NCBI GenBank assembly: GCA_026936335.1
Contig: JAPMXV010000005.1
Span: forward strand, 310,001 to 374,000
Direction: 5' to 3'
DNA: 64,000 bases
DNA from: Mantamonas sphyraenae STR306
Taxonomy: Eukaryota; Protista; CRuMs
Every line of letters begins with the position of its first letter. Position 1 is the stretch's first letter. This document shows, one piece after another, positions 1 through 10,254 of this stretch. A program made the translations under genes and the position numbers. The notes below the pieces were generated by a model, which was not told the DNA's origin, did no database searches, and saw only the letters and a list, made by a program, of their open reading frames with translations.

Positions 1-78
1 GTTTGGGGGGGGGAAGCGCGTGTGAGCGGGGCGGGCAGATGGAAAAAAAAAGGGGATGGGGCCACAGGGCCAACGTAC

Positions 79-460
79 GGACGACACGGCGGACAACGCG
101 ACGTGCAACGCGGGTGACACGGCGGAACCAGCCACGACGACGACGACGACCCCAGTAATCACTGTTGTCATCCATGTCGTACACGTCCGGGTCCTGGAAG
201 AGCGCATCTTGCACCTCCTCGTCGGCCGAGTACACGTCGCCCTCGTCTTCGTCGTCGTCTCCAGAATCGTCGGATTGCACGGGCAGGTGACGTGCGTACT
301 CATCGGTACTGTCGAAAGCGTCACTTTCACCCACGTCAGAGCGATCCATGTCTTGGTCAGACACGTCGGACGACGCACTTGCAGACGCACTCGAGCTGTC
401 GGCCAGAGCGGCAGAAGCCACGAGCAGAAGCATCAGCACAGTCACAAAGTATTTGCTCAT
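79..460 (-). CDS. Secreted prepropeptide, antimicrobial-peptide-like (exon 1; gene continues past window start)
   Basis: Manual translation from ATG at 460: signal peptide MSKYFVTVLMLLLVASAALA, about 80-aa D/E-rich segment, then WGRRRRRGWFRRVTRVARRVVRRVV, followed by a GTACGT donor at 78. Not in the ORF track because there is no stop inside the window. Confidence 0.75.
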
Positions 461-662
461 GCTTGTGCTGAAGTTTGCGTGTGTGTGTAGGGGGGGGGGG
501 ATGGGGGTGATGCTCGAAAGAGCAGCAAAAAGGTTTTGTGTGGTTTCTTGGTCGCACCGTCTCATTTGTGCCACTCGAGCGTGACGGAAGGTGGGACGTT
601 TGGTGTGTGTGTGTGAGAGAGAGAGAGCTGGATTGCAAAACACATTTGCGCACACTCAGTAC

Positions 663-2095
663 TCAGGTTTCATTGAGGATGACAAGCGCAGCGACGATGC
701 TGGTACTGCCCAGGATCTTGAGGCCGACATTGAAGGGGTCCCTGAGTTCGACACGCTCGGAAGCAGTGGTGTTGAGAAAGGTAGGCCAGCCAAAGTTGAG
801 GGCGAGGGAAGTGAGCCAAGCGAGGACAACGCGGCTCAGGGTGAGCTCGAGGTAGACGACGTTGAGGTCGTAGCTGATGGCCAGGTAGAAGTAGGCCATG
901 GCGCGTGCATTGAGCATGAATCTGTACATGACGAGATTAAACAGGTTGGCCTCCCGGTAGGTGGCCTTGACGGCTTGGACAAAGGTCTCGTCCAGTTCGG
1001 TGTCGCCGGCGTAGTATCGCTTGAGCCACGGCAGATAGTCAAGGAGGAGAAGAAAGGGCCAGAGGAAGAGGGGAAGGAGCACCTGATCGAGCGAGGTGTA
1101 CCCAAACACGTTGACACGGTACGTGGTGTTGTACAGCACCTGAGACACAAACCAGGTGCTGTACGTCCATAGAATAAGGCTAAACGGAAGCAGGATGCGG
1201 AAGGAGCGTGGCCAAACAATTTGCGCAGTGCAGCGACGATATGAGCAGAGCGGGAAGTTGGGACCTGCGACGTGGGCATGGTGTCACGGAGTGGGCGATA
1301 GGTGGACGAGGACGTGGCGTCGTCCAGTGGCTCTGCAGACTCGTGATCGTCAGAGAGATCCAGCTTCTGATAGCTGGTGGAGGGTACACGTCGCTCGATG
1401 ACACACAGGAAAGCACCGAGGAGGCCGAGAGCAAACACGCCGGCGCCGACGGGTTTCTGGGGCGGAAGATCGAACAGTTCAAACGTTGGGTTGATGAGAA
1501 AGGAGGAGGTGAGGGAAGCCATGACGAGCAAGACCAGGCCGAGAGGTTCGCTGTTGAAAGTGTTTTGACGGCAAGTGTGAGGAAGGACAGAATGGGTACA
1601 GCCGCGGCGTGAACGTGGAAAACACACCGCGCTCGTGAACCGGGGAAGCGGGGGAAAGAGTGCTACGGGGACAACGTACTTGTATAGAACAACCTCGCAG
1701 ACGTAGTAGAGGATGGCAATGGCGCCGTTGATGAGAAGGACGGGATGTTGGGCAATCTTGGAGAACATGGAAAAAGGGCCTTGCGGAGGACACTGAACTG
1801 GGGTGCAAGAGTGCTTTGAACAGTAGTCGGGCGTGTGTCCATCGTAGTCAACCTCTTGATAGCATTGCTGTTGCTCGTTGTGTGCATAGATGGCAGAGGT
1901 GATCGTAGGAAAGCCGAGTTGGAGAATGGCAAAGATGACAAAGACCATGATGGATGAAACGGTAGAGAGAGCAATCAACATATGTCGCTTGGATCTCCTG
2001 TGGTCCTTGCGGATGGCGCGCTGGCCAAACGAGTCGCCCACGATGGAGACAAACTGGATAAGCAGGACGATGAGGATACTTGGCCTGTCGTCCAT
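663..2095 (-). CDS. Multi-pass membrane protein, possibly DMT/EamA-like transporter
   Basis: Many hydrophobic helices in two halves separated by a polar loop; in-frame intron 1679-1551 (GTACGT..CAG); frame disruption near 1150-1225 joins ORFs 836..2095 and 663..1148. Confidence 0.6.
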
Positions 2096-2182
2096 TGTTT
2101 GCGCTGGGTTGGGCAGCGCGGGCTTGGATGAGCATGTGTGGCGGATGGATGGTAGGGGGAGTAGGGAAGGTATATCTTGGGT

Positions 2183-5100
2183 TCATTGGTGGCCTTGGGC
2201 AGCCATCCTCCTGGCCAGAGCCTGTTTCTGCACTGACCGCAGATCCACACCGTTGCCCACACCTCCATACAGAGCCATCGAGTCCACTCGTCCCGTCATC
2301 CCAGGTCGCTTTGCTGGTCTTCGGTTCCCTGTTGCGCCGCCGCCATTCCTCCTCACCATTGCAGGTTGCTTCTTTGCCTCTTCTCGTTCCTCCTCCTCCT
2401 CCTCCTCCTCCTCTGCTTCTTCCTCTTCATCCTCCTCTTCTGCCGCCTCCTCCTCCTTCGTTGTTGATACCCGTTCCTCAGCTGCCATCCGCGCACCCAT
2501 CTGCTGTTGCAGTGATCGCTTCCGCAGTGCCATTGGATCCGTCGAACTGTTGGCCGATCCTCCAAACAATGCCACACTGTCCCGCCGCGACATCTTGGCC
2601 CGCATCGCCTTCACCTCTGCCACGCTCTTCTCTTGCGACTGCCTCTGCTCACGTCTCGCCTCCACACGCTTCTTCTCTGCTTTCTCTGCCTTCTCGGATT
2701 CCATCCTCCTGGCCAGAGCCTGTTTCTGCACTGACCGCAGATCCACACCATTGCCCACACCTCCATACAGAGCCATCGAGTCCACCCGCCCCGTCATCCC
2801 AGGTCGCTTTGCTGGTCTTCGGTTCCCTGTTGCGCCGCCGCCATTCCTCCTCACCATTGCAGGTTGCTTCTTTGCCTCTTCTCGTTCCTCCTCCTCCTCC
2901 TCTGCTTCCTCCTCCTCCTCCTCTGCTTCTCCTCTTCATCCTCCTCTTCTGCCTCCTCCTCCTCCTTCGCTGTTGATACCCGTTCCTCAGCTGCCATCCG
3001 CGCACCCATCTGCTGTTGCAGTGATCGCTTCCGCAGTGCCATCGGATCCGTCGAACTGTTGGCCGACCTCCAAACAATGCCACACTGTCCCGCCGCGACA
3101 TCTTGGCCCGCATCGCCTTCACCTCTGCCACGCTCTTCTCTTGCGACTGCCTCTGCTCACGTCTCGCCTCCACACGCTTCTTCTCTGCTTTCTCTGCCTT
3201 CTCGGATTCCATCCTCCTGGCCAGAGCCTGTTTCTGCACTGACCGCAGATCCACACCATTGCCCACACCTCCATACAGAGCCATCGAGTCCACCCGCCCC
3301 GTCATCCCAGGTCGCTTTGCTGGTCTTCGGTTCCCTGTTGCGCCGCCGCCATTCCTCCTCACCATTGCAGGTTGCTTCTTTGCCTCTTCTCGTTCCTCCT
3401 CCTCCTCCTCTCCTCCTCCTCCTCCTCCTCTGCTTCTTCCTCTTCATCCTCCTCTTCTGCCTCCTCCTCCTCCTTCGCTGTTGATACCCGTTCCTCAGCT
3501 GCCATCCGCGCACCCATCTGCTGTTGCAGTGATCGCTTCCGCAGTGCCATCGGATCCGTCGAACTGTTGGCCGACCCTCCAAACAATGCCACACTGTCCC
3601 GCCGTGACATCTTGGCCCGCATCGCCTTCACCTCTGCCACGCTCTTCTCTTGCGACTGCCTCTGCTCACGTCTCGCCTCCACACGCTTCTTCTCTGCTTT
3701 CTCTGCCTTCTCGGATTCCATCCTCCTGGCCAGAGCCTGTTTCTGCACTGACCGCAGATCCACACCGTTGCCCACACCTCCATACAGAGCCATCGAGTCC
3801 ACCCGCCCCGTCATCCCAGGTCGCTTTGCTGGTCTTCGGTTCCCTGTTGCGCCGCCGCCATTCCTCCTCACCATTGCAGGTTGCTTCTTTGCCTCTTCTC
3901 GTTCCTCCTCCTCCTCCTCCTCCTCTGCTTCTTCCTCCTCTGCTTCTTCCTCTTCATCCTCCTCTTCTGCCTCCTCCTCCTCCTTCGCTGTTGATACCCG
4001 TTCCTCAGCTGCCATCCGCGCACCCATCTGCTGTTGCAATGATCGCTTCCGCAGTGCCATCGGATCCGTCGAACTGTTGGCCGATCCTCCAAACAATGCC
4101 ACACACTGTCCCGCCGCGACATCTTGGCCCGCATCGCCTTCACCTCTGCCACGCTCTTCTCTTGCGACTGCCTCTGCTCACGTCTCGCCTCCACACGCTT
4201 CTTCTCTGCTTTCTCTGCCTTCTCGGATTCCATCCTCCTGGCCAGAGCCTGTTTCTGCACTGACCGCAGATCCACACCGTTGCCCACACCTCCATACAGA
4301 GCCATCGAGTCCACCCGTCCCGTCATCCCAGGTCGCTTTGCTGGTCTTCGGTTCCCTGTTGCGCCGCCGCCATTCCTCCTCACCATTGCAGGTTGCTTCT
4401 TTGCCTCTTCTCGTTCCTCCTCCTCCTCCTCCTCCTCTGCTTCTTCCTCCTCTGCTTCTTCCTCTTCATCCTCCTCTTCTGCCTCCTCCTCCTCCTTCGC
4501 TGTTGATACCCGTTCCTCAGCTGCCATCCGCGCACCCATCTGCTGTTGCAATGATCGCTTCCGCAGTGCCATCGGATCCGTCGAACTGTTGGCCGATCCT
4601 CCAAACAATGCCACACTGTCCCGCCGCGACATCTTGGCCCGCATCGCCTTCACCTCTTCCACGCTCTTCTCTTGCGACTGCCTCTGCTCACGTCTCGCCT
4701 CCACACGCTTCTTCTCTGCTTTCTCTGCCTTCTCGGATTCCATCCTCCTGGCCAGAGCCTGTTTCTGCACTGACCGCAGATCCACACCATTGCCCACACC
4801 TCCATACAGAGCCATCGAGTCCACCCGTCCCGTCATCCCAGGTCGCTTTGCTGGTCTTCGGTTCCCTGTTGCGCCGCCGCCATTCCTCCTCACCATTGCA
4901 GGTTGCTTCTTTGCCTCTTCTCGTTCCTCCTCCTCCTCCTCCTCCTCCTCTGCTTCTTCCTCTTCATCCTCCTCTTCTGCCTCCTCCTCCTCCTTCGCTG
5001 TTGATACCCGTTCCTCAGCTGCCATCCGCGCACCCATCTGCTGTTGCAGTGATCGCTTCCGCAGTGCCATCGGATCCGTCGAACTGTTGGCCGATCCTCC

Positions 5101-7161
5101 AAACAACGCCACACTGTCCCGTCGCGACATCTTGGCCCGCATCGCCTTCACCTCCACTTTGATCTCTTTGTCCTTCTCCTCAACTCCTTCCTCCTTCCAC
5201 CGGGCTTGAACACGTCTAGTAGCACCATGTGTTGCCAGTACCACGTAGTCTTGACCGTCCTTTCCCGTCTGCCGCTCCATTGACAGCAGATCCCGAATGT
5301 GCACTCGGTTCCCTCCCGCATCCACCAGGACCCACACTCGTGCCACCTCCATCCCCTCGATGGCCACTCGCTTCACACTGTAGCTTCTCGTGCACCACAG
5401 GAACACATCACTGTCACTCCAACCTCCCACCAAGCCCGGCACACTCCCGCTTACCTTCAAACTGTGCACCTGCTCTTCATCCACGTCCAGGACGCGCAGT
5501 GTACTGTTGCCTCTGTCACACACAATCAATTTGGAGTCTCCAACCAGAGCACATGATGTCGGCAGACGGAACAAGGCCTCGTCCGCAAAGCCGTTCTTCA
5601 GTCCAGCCTTTCCTTCGCTTGATCCTGCCAGGAAATGAGTAGACTCGTACTCCAAATCAACCTCGCGCACCACATGGTTCCCCGCATCACAAACATAAAC
5701 CGTTTGCATCTCCCACGATCCACATAGTGACATCGGTGTGTGCAGACGGGACTCTTCTTGACCATCTTGAAGACCTGGCTCTCCAACTGCCCCAGACAAC
5801 ACCTGCCAACTTCCACCCTCCTCCAGTGGCCAGCTGCGTTGCCATACAACATGGTGCGCTGTGTCACACACGTACACCTTGCCACCACCCTCCCACAGAG
5901 CCACCCTGTCCACGACATCCACACCCAGTTCCATCGACGATTCCACGCGCCAATCCAGCTCCTGCTCGTCCCATTGTGCCTTCAACCACCACCCGTCGTG
6001 TGTGAACCCATGCATGGCCTGCGAGCCTTGTTCCGCCACCATGCTTCGCAATCCGGCGAACCTGCGCATTGGTTCTTGCTCCTCGGCCTCGGTGTCCTCT
6101 CCCACAGACGCAAAGTCTCCTTCGCTGTACGACGTGTCGACAGAAACCACTTCCTCAGATGCTGTACCATCCGCGCCTGTGTTCTCCATCGCTGGTTCCT
6201 CGTCTTGAGTGTTTGACAAAGGTGACAACGCCGGTGTCCGTGGCATATCCACTCGTACCACGCGCCGGCTGTTCTTCGGCCGCTCGTACAAATCCACAGG
6301 CTCATAGGAGGACTTGCGCACGCGTCCAGGTGATTGCAGGCGTGACACAAGTTGTGTCTGCTCATCCGAGCTCAGTTTCTTGCGGAACTGAGTGTGCAGC
6401 GCAAGGACAGCCCCACCCGTTGCTCCGTCCATCTTTGGACTCCCGGTGCCTGAGCTTGCGCCATCGCGGCCGCCACGCGCGTGTTTGCTGCTCCCAAATG
6501 CCGTCACTGGTCGCTCCAACAGCGGGTGCACCTCTTCCCGTCGTTTCACTTTTTTTCCTTGCCGTGAGCTCCGCCCGGTACGCGGTCCCCTGTGCCCATT
6601 CTGCGCATTTGACACGCTCTTGTGCTTTCTGGCGCGCTGTTTGCCTCCATCATCCTTTTCCTGACGTGTCCACACCACGCCAAAGCGATCCACGTGCAGT
6701 GGCTTTGGTTGGCGCCTACCGTTCTTCGTTTTGTCTGCCTTCGCCTCGCTTTCCTTGCCAAGGATTTCGCCGTATCGCTCCAGAAGAAGCTCGCTCTTGC
6801 GTAGCAACTCATCAGGCGTGCTGGGTGAATCAAGCTGGGAGCGCCTTGTGCTGCTGCGCCGTTTCGTCGACCCGTTGGATGAGGTACCCGCCCCAGGCGA
6901 CTTGGGAGACGCGCTGGACGGCACATCCGTGCGGATCATGAAACGAGACACAAGTGGCGACGGATTGCTTGCCTGACGCAGCGGTGTCACACGTCCGGGC
7001 GACAGGCGAGGCGAGTCTGAGCCGCTGCTTCCCCATGCTTTCGGGCTCGTTCGTCGTGGCGAGTTTCTGGCTGACGACGATGACGAACGGGCAGGTGTGG
7101 AAGGTGCTCGTGGACTGTTCCGCTGCCGGTCCGTTTGAACCACGAGCTTCTTCCGCTGCAT
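2183..7161 (-). CDS. Large protein: S/R/P-rich N-terminus, NHL-repeat propeller, C-terminal about 6 x 166-170 aa repeats
   Basis: NHL motifs (VYVCDAGNHVVREVDL; LIVCDRGNSTLRVLDV; FRLPTSCAL). The repeat frame is broken at about 4100, 3410, 3065 and 2930 by small indels; final stop at 2183-2185. Confidence 0.7.
2203..5155. repeat. Coding tandem repeat, about 498-512 bp unit, about 5.8 copies, near identical
   Basis: Anchor CCATCCTCCTGGCCAGAGCCTG at 2203, 2701, 3209, 3718, 4230 and 4740; units differ mainly in the (TCC/TCT)n poly-Glu tract. Confidence 0.95.
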
Positions 7162-7366
7162 GATGTTGGCCTCCAGCGTCGCGGGTGCGGGTTTTGGTTG
7201 CCTTTCCTGCCGTCACCTCCTCACGACAAGCACACGGGCATCTAGATGCAAGACGATGGTGTGCAACACCTTGCGCCACCTGGAGACAAGAATGCACAAG
7301 CCCATACTGTACACCGTGCAGAATATCGCTGTATTTACATTTTCTGCGCCTCCAGCTTGCCCAACT

Positions 7367-7591
7367 TCAGCGTTGTGCCCCTGCAAACGGTCCCGTCGGC
7401 TCCTTCCGTTGCATTTCTTGCCATTGGTTGCGATCGTACTCACGCACCCTCTTCTGGTTCTCCTTGTGAGCACGAGCTTGGGCTGCAATCAAGCGCGGCT
7501 GCTCCTGGTTGTCCTTCCACAGTGCAACTCTGCTGACCACCACCGAGGTGAGCACAAAGCCCCAGATGCCCACAGACTTCCAGTGGTCCAT
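7367..7591 (-). CDS. Putative 74-aa single-pass membrane microprotein
   Basis: [31 protein letters not shown]...; one TM plus a charged helix; fills the gap head-to-head with the ADP/ATP carrier. Confidence 0.45.
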   Translation of the reverse strand: MDHWKSVGIWGFVLTSVVVSRVALWKDNQEQPRLIAAQARAHKENQKRVREYDRNQWQEMQRKEPTGPFAGAQR

Positions 7592-7704
7592 GCCAACCTC
7601 AGTGCTCGAACAAGGGTGGATGCGCAGGGGCTGCGCTGCACGGACCACCACATCGAAGAAAATGTTCACCCGCAACACCGTTTCGGATTCGAAGATTGTC
7701 GCCC

Positions 7705-8930
7705 ATGCGAAGAAGGAGCAGTCGGCTTCCGACTTCCTGAAGAACCTGGCCGCTGGTGGCGTGGCTGGCGGTATCTCCAAGACCGTCGTGGCCCCCATCG
7801 AGCGCGTCAAGCTCCTGCTCCAGACCCAGGACTCGTCCACTCAGATCAAGCAGGCCGACGTACGTTTTCCCATTGCCCTCATGCCCCATCCTCGGCGCCC
7901 CCGCCGCCCGGTCCGCAGTCCCGGGGCCCTGGGAACGCCTCCCGTGCACCCTTTCAGAAATCGCGAAAATCACGGGAACATGCGCTCACCACCCTCGCCT
8001 CTCGCAGAAATACAAGGGCATCACCGACGCCTTTGTGCGCATCCCCAAGGAGCAGGGTTTCATCTCCTTCTGGTAAGTGTCCCTTGTGTGTACACCTTCC
8101 CGTGGCCTCGCACGTGCCGCAAACGCACCCGGCGGGCCCTCGCTTTTTCGCATGCGTCTTTTCGGCCTCCGAAAAAAAAACGCCACCTTTCCCGACGCCT
8201 TCCACACGGCCTGGCTCACACCACGCGTGCACACCTGCTTGTACACACTCACAGGCGTGGTAACACCGCCAACGTGGTCCGTTACTTCCCGACCCAGGCC
8301 CTGAACTTTGCCTTCAAGGACAAGTACAAGCAGATGTTCGTGCGCCACAAGCCCGACGAGAACTTCTGGCTGTTCTTCGCTGGCAACCTGGCCTCGGGTG
8401 GTGCCGCCGGTGCCACTTCTCTGCTCTTTGTGTACCCGCTGGACTTTGCCCGTACCCGCCTCGCCGCTGATGTCGGCAAGGGCAACGAGCGCCAGTTCAA
8501 CGGCCTCATGGACTGCATTAAGAAGATCTACGCCAAGGATGGCGCCTCCGGTCTGTACAAGGGCTTCGGCACCTCCGTGGTCGGCATCATCGTGTACCGT
8601 GCTGCCTTCTTCGGTGGCTACGATACCGCCACCGGCATGCTGCCCAAGGACGCCGGCGTGGTCTCCAAGTTCATCACCGCCCAGATCGTCACCACTGCTT
8701 CGGGCATCATCTCCTACCCGTTCGACACGGTGCGTCGTCGCATGATGATGCAGTCTGGCCGCTCGGGCGCCGAGGTGCAGTACACCAGCTCCTTCGACTG
8801 CTGGCGCAAGATCGCCGCCGAGGAGGGTGCCACCGCCTTCTTCAAGGGCGCCGGCTCCAACGTCATCCGCGGTACCGGCGGTGCTCTCGTGCTGGTCCTG
8901 TACGACGAGATCAAGAAGGCCATCATGTAA
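7705..8930 (+). CDS. ANT: Mitochondrial ADP/ATP translocase (SLC25A4/5/6 family)
   Basis: [53 protein letters not shown] signature. Introns 7860-8007 and 8073-8254. The ATG at 7705 is one base out of frame (likely a missing G); an alternative in-frame ATG lies at 7662. Confidence 0.97.
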
Positions 8931-9144
8931 ATGGTTGGCCCAGGCGCGGCAGCAATGCCAGCAGAAAGGACGCGGGAGGTGGACGACAACCTTCAGGCTC
9001 GTCCGCAAAAACGCACCTCACGCAGAAAGCGTGTTCTGCACACTCCTGCTCCTTCTCTCAAAATTCCAAAACAACAAAGGGCTTGCGCCGCGTGTTCCCA
9101 TCTCCATAAGCTCCTCCAAAGTGTTTGTTTGTTTACTACAATCC

Positions 9145-10155
9145 TCACAGCGTTTCCTTCACACAGGCATCGCAGATCCTCTGCGGTCCAACCCACCCCT
9201 GCGCGTCCACCTCTTGCTTGGACGCGCTGCAATCGTGGCAAAAGATACATCCACAGCGACGACAGTGGTGCCTGCGCTTGAGCAGACCAAACCGCTGGCT
9301 GCACAGCAAGCAGGCTTCCACGTTTCCGTCGGGCAGCCACACCACACGCCTTTTGTCCTCCTCTGAGTCTGCGTCCATGTGCACCTTTTCGCTTTCCCTC
9401 TCGCCATGCAGTTTGAACTCTGCGTAGCACTCCGAGACCACCGAAGAGGGCAGCATCGAGTCGATGCCTTGGCCCTGGTTGTTGACCAGGTTCGGACGGG
9501 CGCCATTGGCTGCCAAAAGGCGTGCCACCCTCGCTGCGCCTTCTTCATGGCTGGTGGTGGACAGAACAAGCATCAACGCAGTGTCCCCATTCATGTTGAC
9601 GATGTCCAGCGTTGCACCAGCGTTCAGGAGCGCAAACACCACGTTTTCCATCAGTCCTGCTGCCGCATAGTGCAGCGGCGTGTTTCCAGCGGTGTCACAT
9701 GCATCCACGTCGCATCCTGCATCCAGCAGCATCTGTACAATCATTACGTCTGGCCGTGCGTGGCATTGTAGCAGCAGCGTAAGCGGAGTGCACCCGTTTT
9801 TGTCCTTCGGGTCCACAATGCCCACTTGCTCCAGCAGAGTCTCTAGAATGTCCGTGTTGTGAGCCAGTGGGCCGGATACAAAGTGGTGCAGCACACTGCG
9901 TGCGTCCAGATCCGGGGTGTCCACAATGGCCAGTTTTTGTTTGAGAATGTACAGCGCCATGTACTCGTTGCCCGAACCCACGGCCACACTCAATGCGTGC
10001 CGCCCGTCCTCGCAAAACGCAAGCAGCAGGTTTTGGCCGTATGTGTCCAGCAGTTCGAGCAGCTCGAAGCGGGAGTTGGCCTCGATTGCGGTCATCACCT
10101 TGTTGCTCAGCTCCTGCTGCTCCTCCCGGTTGAGAACTTGGTCGGTACGGCTCAT
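9145..10155 (-). CDS. Ankyrin-repeat + FYVE zinc-finger protein
   Basis: Ankyrin motifs (GCTPLTLLL, GNTPLHYAAA, GDTALMLVL); FYVE WLPD..CLLC..F..KRRHHCRRCG.IFC..C...RICDAC. Start placed at MSRTDQ. Confidence 0.9.
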   Translation of the reverse strand: MSRTDQVLNREEQQELSNKVMTAIEANSRFELLELLDTYGQNLLLAFCEDGRHALSVAVGSGNEYMALYILKQKLAIVDTPDLDARSVLHHFVSGPLAHNTDILETLLEQVGIVDPKDKNGCTPLTLLLQCHARPDVMIVQMLLDAGCDVDACDTAGNTPLHYAAAGLMENVVFALLNAGATLDIVNMNGDTALMLVLSTTSHEEGAARVARLLAANGARPNLVNNQGQGIDSMLPSSVVSECYAEFKLHGERESEKVHMDADSEEDKRRVVWLPDGNVEACLLCSQRFGLLKRRHHCRRCGCIFCHDCSASKQEVDAQGWVGPQRICDACVKETL

Positions 10156-10254
10156 GGCAAGCTGATGGGTGGATGGAGTGCCACGGTGCTCAGGCTTGCT
10201 GCGGTGTGATGGAGGATGATTGGGCTTGCTCCGCCGGCGCAGGCAACGTCCGTC

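Noticed and set aside
2203-5155. CRISPR array or mobile element
   Set aside because: Units are about 500 bp, contiguous, have no unique spacers or terminal repeats, and continue a protein reading frame.
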